From an uncultured Pseudomonadota bacterium (GTDB taxonomy: Bacteria; Vulcanimicrobiota; Vulcanimicrobiia; Eremiobacterales; Eremiobacteraceae): DNA of 64,000 nucleotides. Positions 30,091 through 38,944 of the stretch are shown here, piece after piece (the first letter of the stretch is position 1; each line of letters starts with the position of its first letter). Where the stretch lies: NCBI GenBank assembly GCA_963736005.1, contig CAVTNB010000001.1:864001-928000 (forward strand), given 5' to 3'. The notes under the pieces were generated by a model. That model was not told where the DNA came from, searched no databases, and saw nothing but the letters and a program-made list of their open reading frames with translations. Position numbers and translations under genes: made by a program.

Positions 30091-31509
30091 ATGAGTAAAG
30101 AGCCAGCTTTGCGCCGCACTCTTGGACTTGCGGATGTGACGTTGTTCTTTGTCGTCGCCGGTTCGAATCTGCAGTGGGTAGCAGCGGCCGCTTCAACAGG
30201 ACCAAGCTCCTTGGTCATTTGGCTCTTGGGCGGTGCCTGCATGTTCGTACCTCTGTCGATCGTCGTGGTGTTCTTGGCCGCGCGTTATCCTGACGAGGGT
30301 GGATTGTACGTTTGGAGCAAGCGCGCATTCGGACCGTTTGCCGGGTTTATCTCCGGCTGGACCTACTGGACTTCAAATCTTCCATACTTTCCCGCGTTGC
30401 TCTATTTCATGGCGGGCAGCGTTTTGTATTTCTATGGCGGAAGCGCCGGGTGGCTCTCGGGTTCGCCTTTGTACTTTATCAGCGTTGCTCTCGCCGGCCT
30501 CGTCTTGACCACGGTTCTCAATATTCTTGGATTCGACATAGAAAAGTGGCTGAATAATGTTGGCGCTGCCAGCCGCTGGGGCGTCACGATGCTCCTGATC
30601 GTGCTTGGCGTCGTCGCGTGGCGGAAGTTTGGTTTTGCCACGCCAGTGAACCTCGCGACCCTACGGCCAGGCTTGCACGTCACGGACCTCGTGTTTTGGT
30701 CGACCATCGCGTTTGCCTGGACGGGTCCCGAAGCGATACCTTTGATGAGCGGTGAGATCAGACAGCCACGGCGCACCATTCCTCTCGCGTTGGCACTCGC
30801 AGCACCCGCAATCGCTGTGATTTATATCTTTGGCACGGCGGCCGTGCTTGCAACCCTCAAGCCCAATGACACAAACGCTCTCTACGGCGTCATGCAGGCG
30901 ATCAGCGAGGCGAGCACGCGGTTTGGCTGGACGATGATTACTCCGGTGGCTGCGGCGTTCGTGATGGTGAGTTGCCTGGCAAGCGCAGGTGCTTGGCTTG
31001 GCGCCGTGGCGCGCCTTCCGTTTGTCGCGGGATTAGATCAATACCTACCCAAGGGGTTCGGCCGCATGCACCCGCGCTTTGGGTCCCCCGTGGTTGCACT
31101 CGTGACGCAGTCTGCAATCGCAGCAATTTTTATTTTCCTGGGCCAGGGCGGCACCTCGGTGCGGGGGGCGTACAATGTCCTCGTCAGCACGACAGTCATC
31201 AGCACGTTGTTGCCGTTTTTGCTGTTGTTCGCGTCTGGATTCACACTGAGCGCAGGTCCGACTCGCGAGGGGGATATTCGAATACCCGGAGGGAGATTCT
31301 CGATCGCGACGGCGAGCATGATTGGCTTTTTGACCACCTTGGGCGCAGTCGTGCTCACACTTGTGCCGCCGTCCAACGAGCCGAACAAGCCCCTGGCGGT
31401 GGCGAAGATCCTTGGCTTGACGGCGGTTATGCTTGGAAGTGGCATCGTGTTTTATGTCGTCGCTGCGCGCCGCAAGCGGCGCCTCGAAGCTGCTGGGCTC
31501 GTATCGTGA
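30091..31509 (+). CDS. APC-family amino acid permease
   Basis: YPDEGGLYVW, FAWTGPE, about 12 TM segments. Confidence 0.92.
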   Translation: MSKEPALRRTLGLADVTLFFVVAGSNLQWVAAAASTGPSSLVIWLLGGACMFVPLSIVVVFLAARYPDEGGLYVWSKRAFGPFAGFISGWTYWTSNLPYFPALLYFMAGSVLYFYGGSAGWLSGSPLYFISVALAGLVLTTVLNILGFDIEKWLNNVGAASRWGVTMLLIVLGVVAWRKFGFATPVNLATLRPGLHVTDLVFWSTIAFAWTGPEAIPLMSGEIRQPRRTIPLALALAAPAIAVIYIFGTAAVLATLKPNDTNALYGVMQAISEASTRFGWTMITPVAAAFVMVSCLASAGAWLGAVARLPFVAGLDQYLPKGFGRMHPRFGSPVVALVTQSAIAAIFIFLGQGGTSVRGAYNVLVSTTVISTLLPFLLLFASGFTLSAGPTREGDIRIPGGRFSIATASMIGFLTTLGAVVLTLVPPSNEPNKPLAVAKILGLTAVMLGSGIVFYVVAARRKRRLEAAGLVS

Positions 31510-33164
31510 CCGGCCGAGCGACAGCCCACGACGGCGCAACGCAGATGCAATCCGCCATGTTCTTGCTGGCGTTTTTGCTGCTGCCGCTCTGGGCATGTAC
31601 TCGGGTAAGCACGAGCGGTCATCCCAGCGTGCAGTCCGCAACCGTTCACGGCGTCGTCCGCTACGCAATTCCCAACGACCTCAACACGCTGAATCCCGTC
31701 CTTGGAGGTCTCGCCTACGAAAACGCCATCGAGGAAGCGATTTTCAACGGGCTTGTCAAGCTCGACGATCAACAGCGACTGATCCCCGATCTTGCGACTG
31801 TGGTGCCCTCGCGCGCAAACGGTGGAATCAGTGCGGACCGCAGAACCATCACGTATCACCTGCGCCACGGCGTCACCTGGCAAGATGGCGCACCATTCAC
31901 CTCCGCCGACGTGTCGTTCACCTTCTCCAAGATTATGGATCCAAACGTCAACGCGTCAAGTAGCGCGCCGTATACGCACATCGCAAGCCTGACAACGCCC
32001 GACGCTTACACCGCGGTCGTTCATCTCAAAGAGCCATGGGCTCCGGCAGTCGCTCAGTTGTTTTGCAACGGAGAGCAAGGATCGATCATTCCCAAGCACT
32101 TGTTGGAACACACGGCGGATTTCAATCGCGACGTATTCGGAGTGCATCCCATCGGCACTGGGCCGATGCGCCTCATCCGATGGGATCGTGGTTCGGAGAT
32201 CATCCTCGTCCCAAACCTTCACTATTTCGTCGGCGCGCCGAAAATCCAAAAGCTCGATATCTCCATCATCCCCGACGCAAACACGAGACTGACGACGCTG
32301 ACATCTCACGAGCTCGATTTTGCGACGTTGGGCAATCCAGCTCAAGTCGCAAACCTACGAATGGTTTCGGGGCTGAAGGTGTTGCTCGTCAAAAACTACG
32401 CCCTTTGGTTCATCATCCTCAACGTTACCCGAGCGCCACTGGATGATGTGCGCGTTCGGCGCTCGCTCGTGCTGGCGCTCGACCGGCCGCATCTGACGGC
32501 GACGACCTTCGTTGGCACGGCGATACCCGCTGATTCTGAGATTCCGCCTTTCAGTTGGGCATATGACCCCAACAACGACTCGCCGCCTTACGATTTGACG
32601 CAAGCGAAACAGTTGCTCGAAACGACTGGCTGGCATCTTGGTACCGACGGCATCCGGCGCAAGGGTGATCAAAAGCTCTCCTTTAGCATTGTGAGCAGCA
32701 CCGGATCCGCTATCGGCGCATCGTTGTCCGAGCAGCTTCAACAAGCATGGCGAGCGGTGGGCGCAGACGTCTCGATTCGATCGGAGCCTCTCAACGTGCT
32801 GCGCAGCCCAACTGGCATGCTCGTGACGGGCAACTTCCAGGCCGCGATTGCATCGTTCATTTTCGATCCCGATCCCGATCGCTCCACAAATTTGGGCAGC
32901 CAATATATCGGAGCACGCGGCTTTAACGAATCTCGATACGTGAGCGCGCGTTCCGATCAGCTGACCGTCGCGGCAGTTTCCGTCTACGAGAGAGAACAGC
33001 GCAAGCCGCTCTATGCGCAGTTGCAACGCTTGTGGAACACCGATCTTCCGGTCATTCCCATTGCATGGCAGGACAACATCGACGTCGTCAATACGGATCT
33101 GCGCGGCTTTCGGCCTGAGCCAGTCAATTCGGATTTTTGGAATATCGAGCAATGGCAGATCTAG
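31506..33164 (+). CDS. Peptide ABC transporter substrate-binding lipoprotein (family 5)
   Basis: Lipobox LWAC; LRHGVTWQDGAPFTSADVSFT, PIGTGP. GTG overlaps the permease stop; ATG 31546 is an alternative start. Confidence 0.9.
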   Translation: MTGRATAHDGATQMQSAMFLLAFLLLPLWACTRVSTSGHPSVQSATVHGVVRYAIPNDLNTLNPVLGGLAYENAIEEAIFNGLVKLDDQQRLIPDLATVVPSRANGGISADRRTITYHLRHGVTWQDGAPFTSADVSFTFSKIMDPNVNASSSAPYTHIASLTTPDAYTAVVHLKEPWAPAVAQLFCNGEQGSIIPKHLLEHTADFNRDVFGVHPIGTGPMRLIRWDRGSEIILVPNLHYFVGAPKIQKLDISIIPDANTRLTTLTSHELDFATLGNPAQVANLRMVSGLKVLLVKNYALWFIILNVTRAPLDDVRVRRSLVLALDRPHLTATTFVGTAIPADSEIPPFSWAYDPNNDSPPYDLTQAKQLLETTGWHLGTDGIRRKGDQKLSFSIVSSTGSAIGASLSEQLQQAWRAVGADVSIRSEPLNVLRSPTGMLVTGNFQAAIASFIFDPDPDRSTNLGSQYIGARGFNESRYVSARSDQLTVAAVSVYEREQRKPLYAQLQRLWNTDLPVIPIAWQDNIDVVNTDLRGFRPEPVNSDFWNIEQWQI

Positions 33165-35140
33165 CGAGAACGCGCGGAAGGCTCGGACCCCGCGATCTCT
33201 ATTCGTTGCCAATCGTCGGATGGTGTGCGCTGCACCCACAGCGCACTTCCCTAGCGTATGTGGTCACTCGGCTTGATGAAGAAGCAAATGCGTATCGGGG
33301 CAGCGTTCGTCTCCTCTTGATCGATCCAGGGCGACTTGACAGTCGCCCACTACAATTTCGTGAAGATGCGAAGGTCTTAACGCCAGGAAACGCGCGCGAT
33401 CAAGCCCCGCAGTGGTCCGCCGACGGCAAGAAAATATTCTTTCTCAGCGATCGTGCCGGCACCACCCAGCTGTGGGCGATCGACCCTGACGGCGGTGACG
33501 CCACGGCATTACCCATCCTCCCCGGCAACGTTTCCGAATTTGCCGTTGCTCCAAATGGCTCGTACATTGCGGCGATCGCAACCCCCACCCAAAACAAGGA
33601 TGAGATCGAGCGACGCGGTTGGCGGCGCATCACGCGCCTGCGCTATCGGGCCGATGGGCCGGGCTACCTCGATGACAAACCGCAGATTTGGCTTTTTGAC
33701 CTTGCGGCTGAGTCAGCCAAACAAATAACAGATGGCTCCGGCTTTGTTGCAGGCGTCGCGTGGAATCCAAAGGGAACGAGCCTGGCTTTTTGCGGCGATC
33801 ACGAGGCTAGCGCAGACTCCCTTTGGCGCCGCGAGTTGTGGACAGCATCGGCGACCGACGATTGGCAGCCGCACGCAATCACACGGTTCGCGACGGCGAT
33901 CGAAGCGCCATCGTGGTCGCCGGACGGCAGGCGGATCGCGTTCTGCGGGATCGAAGAAGCGCATGGCGCTGGAGGCCTGCGTAACCTGCGCGTGTTCGTA
34001 GTGGATGCGACGGGGCGAAACCAGGCCTGCTGGACTCCACACGAAGAGTGGACGTGCGGCAATTTCATCTTGACCGACGTTGGCGCAGCAGGTAGCTTGG
34101 TGGCACCCGTTTGGGTATCAGACGGAGACGTCGCCGTGTTAGGCTCCTGTCGCGGCGCGGCGCAAGTTTTTCGAGTAAGCACTGGCAAGAGCGCGGTCGC
34201 ACTCACCCCCGCCACCATGTCGGTGACACACTTTGCTGACCTCGGCTCAGACGCGATCGTGCATTGCTCGTCCAATCAAGCGACACCACCTGAATTGTAC
34301 GTATCACGGGAAGGTAACGATGCCACGCGCCTCACTCGCGAAACTGAGGAGTGGAGTTCGCGTAGCTCGGTGGCGCCCGCGACGCACCTTACAGTAGCGA
34401 GCGCTGGGCGAGAGATCGACGCGTGGCACCAGAGCGGCATCGGTCCCACACCCCGCCCGTGTATCCTATACATTCACGGTGGCCCGCACTTTGCGTATGG
34501 CCACGCGTATGTCTTCCACTTTATCGCGCTGGCGGCTGCGGGATACGACGTCGTGTATTGCAATCCGCGCGGCAGTCAAAGTTATGGCGAAGGGTTTGCG
34601 ATGGCGATCGCGGGTAATTGGGCGCAGCTTGCTTTTGACGATTGTATGGCCGCGCTCGATGTCGCGCTCGGGCGCTTTCCAATTGACCATTCGCGGCTTG
34701 GTGTCGCCGGAGGAAGCTATGGCGGCTACTTGACCGCGTGGACGGTGGCACATACGAACCGCTTTGCGGCGGCAGTCGCGTTACGGCCAGCGACGAATTT
34801 AGTGAGCCTCTGGGGGACGTCCGAAGTGGGGAGGATGCTGGCCGAAGACTTTGGCGGCAGCCCATTTGAGGTACCGCAGGTCTACGCGAACGACTCGCCT
34901 CTCACCCACGCTGGCACGATCGCGACGCCGCTCTTGATCATCTTTGGAGAGCGCGACTACCGGACACCGGCCGAGCAGGCGGAGCAATTGCTCACCGCTC
35001 TGCTTGAGCGCGGAGTCACAGTTGAGGGCCTGCTCTTCCTGAACGCAGACCACAACCTTTCGCGTGGGGGACCACCGCGGCAGCGCATCGCTCACGAAGA
35101 GGCGATTTTGGAGTGGTTCGATCGCTTTTTGAAAAGGTAG
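33152..35140 (+). CDS. S9-family peptidase (beta-propeller + alpha/beta hydrolase)
   Basis: PQWSADG and PSWSPDG repeats; IHGGP, NPRGS, GGSYGG, DYR, DHNL. Confidence 0.92.
   Translation: MADLARTRGRLGPRDLYSLPIVGWCALHPQRTSLAYVVTRLDEEANAYRGSVRLLLIDPGRLDSRPLQFREDAKVLTPGNARDQAPQWSADGKKIFFLSDRAGTTQLWAIDPDGGDATALPILPGNVSEFAVAPNGSYIAAIATPTQNKDEIERRGWRRITRLRYRADGPGYLDDKPQIWLFDLAAESAKQITDGSGFVAGVAWNPKGTSLAFCGDHEASADSLWRRELWTASATDDWQPHAITRFATAIEAPSWSPDGRRIAFCGIEEAHGAGGLRNLRVFVVDATGRNQACWTPHEEWTCGNFILTDVGAAGSLVAPVWVSDGDVAVLGSCRGAAQVFRVSTGKSAVALTPATMSVTHFADLGSDAIVHCSSNQATPPELYVSREGNDATRLTRETEEWSSRSSVAPATHLTVASAGREIDAWHQSGIGPTPRPCILYIHGGPHFAYGHAYVFHFIALAAAGYDVVYCNPRGSQSYGEGFAMAIAGNWAQLAFDDCMAALDVALGRFPIDHSRLGVAGGSYGGYLTAWTVAHTNRFAAAVALRPATNLVSLWGTSEVGRMLAEDFGGSPFEVPQVYANDSPLTHAGTIATPLLIIFGERDYRTPAEQAEQLLTALLERGVTVEGLLFLNADHNLSRGGPPRQRIAHEEAILEWFDRFLKR
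33329..33353 (-). repeat. REP family B inside the S9 peptidase CDS
   Basis: GTAGT-GGGCGACT-GTCA-AGTCGCCC with a perfect stem; read on + as GRLDSRPL. Confidence 0.85.
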
Positions 35141-35178
35141 GTCCGCCGCCAAGTCGCCCGCTACAGGTCCGCTGCCAA
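35137..35178 (-). repeat. REP fragments (C arm, B half, C arm) at the peptidase/ribF junction
   Basis: AGGTCCGCYGCCAA at 35139 and 35165; AAGTCGCCCGCTAC at 35151-35164. Confidence 0.65.
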
Positions 35179-36072
35179 CTGAACGTCGCGGTGCATTTGC
35201 GCGACGAGTTCGTTCGATCCGGCGAAGCGTTGCTGTTCGCGCAAGAAATGCCAGCGCGAGAGGGTTAGCTGATCGCCGTAGATACTGCCCGAAAAATCGA
35301 CGATGTAGGTTTCGACGGTGAGCTCGCTCCCGCCGAATGTGGGCTTGTCACCAATGCTCGTGACCGATGCGTGTTGTTTGCCGCTCAGTTCGGCGGCGGT
35401 TGCGTACACACCAGATGGCGGAATGAGCTTATCAGCCGCGTGGTGCAAGTTTGCCGTGGGAAATCCGAGCTCATGGCCGCGGCCGGCACCAGTTGTTACC
35501 AGACCACGGACGCGATATGGGGAGCCCAGCAGCTCGTCGGCTTGGTCGAAACGCCTCTCCGAGATGAGCGATCGAATTCGAGAACTTGAAACCTTTTCTC
35601 CATCGCGTTCGAGGAGCGGCGCTGCGTTGAAGGCACATCCCTTTTCCGTCAGCACGCGCTCGGCAAGCGCGACGCCTCCCTCCCTTCCCTTACCGAAGCG
35701 CCACTCGGGCCCGACAGTAAGGGCGCGAGTGCGCAGCCGGTCGTAGAGAGTGTCCGTCAAAAACGTTTCCGCCGGAATGCTTGCAATCCGCTCGTCGAAA
35801 GGTAAAAGAAAGAGGACGTCAAGATCGCAGCCCGCTAGAAGGTTGATCTTCTCATCGAGCGTCGTGAGGCATTTGGGCGCTTGACCAGGTTGCAAAAATT
35901 CCTGCGGATGATGTTCGAAGGTCAAGGCGCCGGCCCTTGTGTTCTCCCTGCGCAGCCCAACGAGCTGCGAGAGCACCGCACGGTGGCCGATATGCACGCC
36001 ATCGAAGACGCCGATCGTGAGTAAGAGGTCGGCGTCTGCTTCATAGTCGTCGATGGAGCGGACGATGCGCAT
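35161..36072 (-). CDS. ribF: Bifunctional riboflavin kinase/FAD synthetase
   Basis: IGVFDGVHIGH, VSSSRIR, GRGHELGFPTAN, ETY. Confidence 0.95.
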   Translation of the reverse strand: MRIVRSIDDYEADADLLLTIGVFDGVHIGHRAVLSQLVGLRRENTRAGALTFEHHPQEFLQPGQAPKCLTTLDEKINLLAGCDLDVLFLLPFDERIASIPAETFLTDTLYDRLRTRALTVGPEWRFGKGREGGVALAERVLTEKGCAFNAAPLLERDGEKVSSSRIRSLISERRFDQADELLGSPYRVRGLVTTGAGRGHELGFPTANLHHAADKLIPPSGVYATAAELSGKQHASVTSIGDKPTFGGSELTVETYIVDFSGSIYGDQLTLSRWHFLREQQRFAGSNELVAQMHRDVQLAADL

Positions 36073-36111
36073 GGCGGCACCACAATTCGCGATGAGCGCT
36101 CGAGAGCCTTG

Positions 36112-37026
36112 TCACTGCGCCGCAAAGACTCGCATTGGCGCGAGGATGGTGAGAGCGTCACGCGTGAACACCACGCCGATGCCAATCAGCGCGCCTTGAT
36201 GGGTGACGAGTGCATTTTCGTTTGAGTTTGGGGCGATTTTCCAATCGCCCCCTACAGAGTTCAAAGGGAGGCGAACTTCGTTGCCGGCATTGAAGCGACG
36301 AGCACCAGCTTCGTCAAGCTCGACGCGCGGGTTGTGGAGCACGCTTAACGGATCGATCAGGCAGGCGCGAAAATCTGCGGCTATGCGCGACGGAACAACA
36401 CTTTCCCGCAGCGTAAATGGCCCAGACGCAACACGCAGCAACGAGCCCATCCTCGCTGGCAAACCTATATGTCGCCCGAGATCTTCGCACAAGACGCGCA
36501 CGTATGTGCCTGCGTCGCATTCGACGTACAGCCGGGCGCTCCGCGTCCCCAATGCGTCCGGAAGCACTTGGAGCTTGTAGAGTGTGGTTGCGCGCGGCGC
36601 GCGGGGAACGGTCTTGCCAGCGCGTGCGCTCCGATACAATGGCTTGCCCTCAACTTTTATCGCGGAGTGCATTGGGGGCAGTTGTGTTCCCGGTCCAAGG
36701 AGTGCCGCCGCCGCGTCTGGCAAACGTCGCTTCCAATCATCTGGAACCTGGGCGCGTGCAATAACCTGGCCGGCGCCGTCGCCCGAATCAGTTTGCTCTC
36801 CAACGATGAGTTCGAACACATACTGCTTGCGCGAGTCTGCGATCAGCGGAAACAAGCGAGTCGCTTTTCCGACGCCGAGGACGAGGACGCCGCAGGCCCT
36901 CGGATCGAGCGTACCCCAATGGCCAACGGCTGCTCCCCCGCAGGCGTGTTTCACCCAATTCCCAAACGCCGCAGAGCTGGGCCCGGGCGGTTTGAATGCG
37001 TTGATGAACCCGAAAGGAGCGCTCAA
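36112..37026 (-). CDS. truB: tRNA pseudouridine(55) synthase
   Basis: GHWGTLDP, PPMHSAIKVEGKPLY, CDAGTYVR. Confidence 0.95.
   Translation of the reverse strand: MSAPFGFINAFKPPGPSSAAFGNWVKHACGGAAVGHWGTLDPRACGVLVLGVGKATRLFPLIADSRKQYVFELIVGEQTDSGDGAGQVIARAQVPDDWKRRLPDAAAALLGPGTQLPPMHSAIKVEGKPLYRSARAGKTVPRAPRATTLYKLQVLPDALGTRSARLYVECDAGTYVRVLCEDLGRHIGLPARMGSLLRVASGPFTLRESVVPSRIAADFRACLIDPLSVLHNPRVELDEAGARRFNAGNEVRLPLNSVGGDWKIAPNSNENALVTHQGALIGIGVVFTRDALTILAPMRVFAAQ
36230..36255 (-). repeat. REP family A inside the truB CDS
   Basis: Identical to the intergenic copies; translated VGGDWKIAP. Confidence 0.93.
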
Positions 37027-38039
37027 ACGCTGGAGCGTTCTGCCGCCATTTCCGCCCGCACGGCTTCAAGCATGCGCGCGAGCGCAGTTGCCAGGGGTCC
37101 AGTCAGCGTGGCACCAGCGGCCCGAAAGTGACCACCACCGCCGAGCGCTTTGCACGCTTCCATGACGTTGACGCGGCCTCTCGATCGCAGGCTGAGCCGG
37201 TAGCTGCCATCGGGTGATTCTTTGAGCAGGGCAGCGACTTCACAATGGTCGACTGCGCGCAGCGCGCCGACAACATCTTCGAGATCTTCATGCGTCGCGC
37301 CAAACTCTTCGAGCAGCGCTTGGCTGACCGATGAGTAGCAAATGCCGTCATCAGTAAGGACGAAGTCGTCGAGGACTCGGCCGAGGATCTTCTGTCCGCT
37401 GAAGCTGCGGGTTTGATAAAGCTGTTCTGTGATGAGGTCCTTGTTTGCGCCGACATCCATAAGCGCGGCTGCCAGACGCAGCGTGTTGGGGCTAGCGTTG
37501 CTGTACATAAAACAACCGGTGTCGGAAATGATCGCGGTGAGAAGGCAGGTAGCGATGTCTTGCGTGATCGGCTGGCCCAGCCCCGTAATGAGATTGAGGA
37601 CGAGGATGCCAGTGGCGGCTTCAGCTTCCAAGACGTAGTTCCAACGTCCGAAGCGTTTGTTGCCCAAGTGATGATCCACATTGATGATCTGCGTCTGTGG
37701 AACCCAGGTGAGCGCTTCTCCGGCGCGGGCCTGATCGCTCATATCCATGAAGATGTAGAGCGCGCCCTTGTCAACGCCATCGAAAGTTCGCTGCGTGAGG
37801 CCCGAGTCCGGAAGGAAACGCAGGTTTTTTGGCATCTCATCGTCGAGAAAATAGTGAACCTTCTTGCCCATCGCCCGCAGAGCGAGGCCGAGCGCGAAGC
37901 CGCTGCCCAAGACGTCGCCGTCGGGCTTCTCGTGAGCGCACATGACGAAATATTTGTGTTCGCGCAGGGCGGCGATCACCGCCTCCGCGTCTGATGCGGG
38001 CGACGGACGCCCGTTAACGCTGCTGGCCTTTGCGCTCAT
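37023..38039 (-). CDS. nrnA: DHH/DHHA1 oligoribonuclease/pAp phosphatase
   Basis: HEKPDGD, VDHH, SDTG, SLRS...GGGGH. Confidence 0.92.
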   Translation of the reverse strand: MSAKASSVNGRPSPASDAEAVIAALREHKYFVMCAHEKPDGDVLGSGFALGLALRAMGKKVHYFLDDEMPKNLRFLPDSGLTQRTFDGVDKGALYIFMDMSDQARAGEALTWVPQTQIINVDHHLGNKRFGRWNYVLEAEAATGILVLNLITGLGQPITQDIATCLLTAIISDTGCFMYSNASPNTLRLAAALMDVGANKDLITEQLYQTRSFSGQKILGRVLDDFVLTDDGICYSSVSQALLEEFGATHEDLEDVVGALRAVDHCEVAALLKESPDGSYRLSLRSRGRVNVMEACKALGGGGHFRAAGATLTGPLATALARMLEAVRAEMAAERSSV

Positions 38040-38412
38040 CCTGTTGTCGTACCTCATCAATCATGGTCGTCACTCGCACGCCGTGTTCGATGGATTTGTC
38101 GCGAACAAACGTCAGCGTCGGGGTGCGTCGCGTCTGCAGGCGCTTGCCCAGTTCGGTGCTCAAGAACCCGGCGGCGGACTGTAGCCCTTTCATGGTCTGG
38201 CGGGAGGCGCGCTCATCTCCCATGGGACTGGCGAACACGCGCGCGCTTCTCAAGTCTGGACTTACGTGCGCCCCGAGAAAGGTCACGAAACCGACCCGCG
38301 GATCTTTGAGCTGTTCGTGCACGATCTCGCTCAGCTCGCGCACGATTTCGTGCTCGATGCGCTGGAGCCGCTGACTCCTTCCTTCAGGCTGATGCTCTGA
38401 CACTGCCTTCAT
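38014..38412 (-). CDS. rbfA: Ribosome-binding factor A
   Basis: KDPRVGFVT...VSPDL..ARV...RRTPTLTF..D.SIEHG. Confidence 0.95.
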   Translation of the reverse strand: MKAVSEHQPEGRSQRLQRIEHEIVRELSEIVHEQLKDPRVGFVTFLGAHVSPDLRSARVFASPMGDERASRQTMKGLQSAAGFLSTELGKRLQTRRTPTLTFVRDKSIEHGVRVTTMIDEVRQQDERKGQQR

Positions 38413-38939
38413 GAGGACGATTCATCGGAGTCGTCATCTTCCTCGAGCCACTGTCGCGCCGCTTCGTCCTTGACGTGGGAAAGAGCCCACTCGCGAACGG
38501 CATTGGCACGCTCTTCCTCCCCACACTCCACGAGCGCGTCAACCAGTTGCGAGGCAGTCATGGCCCAGCGTTCATCGGGGTCGTCCGCGCCTAAGAGGAC
38601 CGCGGCGCACAAATGCGAGACCGCTGCAGCCCACTGACTTAAATTTGCATAGGCTGCGCCGAGATCGGCGTGCAGTCCGGCCGAGGCTGGGTATGCTTCA
38701 ACGCCGGTGCGCAGCAAGTGCTCTTCTCGCTCGTCATTGCCGAGTTCCAAGCAAAGCGACGCCATGAGCTGGATGCCTTCGGGTCCAAGGTCGCCCGCCG
38801 ACTCCACCGGCTCGAGCAATTGGAGCGCGCGGCGCAACTCGGAACGCTGTTCAGGCGTCCAGGGCTCATCGCCATCGCCATGTGCAACGATGACGTTGAA
38901 ATAGATTTCGTGGGCTTGATCGACGACGTCGCGGTCCAT
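38409..38939 (-). CDS. Acidic TPR-like hypothetical protein
   Basis: Helical hairpins (LHADLGAAYANL); starts 5 nt after the infB stop and overlaps rbfA by ATGA. Confidence 0.75.
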   Translation of the reverse strand: MDRDVVDQAHEIYFNVIVAHGDGDEPWTPEQRSELRRALQLLEPVESAGDLGPEGIQLMASLCLELGNDEREEHLLRTGVEAYPASAGLHADLGAAYANLSQWAAAVSHLCAAVLLGADDPDERWAMTASQLVDALVECGEEERANAVREWALSHVKDEAARQWLEEDDDSDESSS

Positions 38940-38944
38940 AAAAA

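Noticed and set aside
30972..31505. Long N-terminal extension of the SBP (730-aa ORF)
   Set aside because: Overlaps the APC permease out of frame; the lipoprotein signal begins after 31506.
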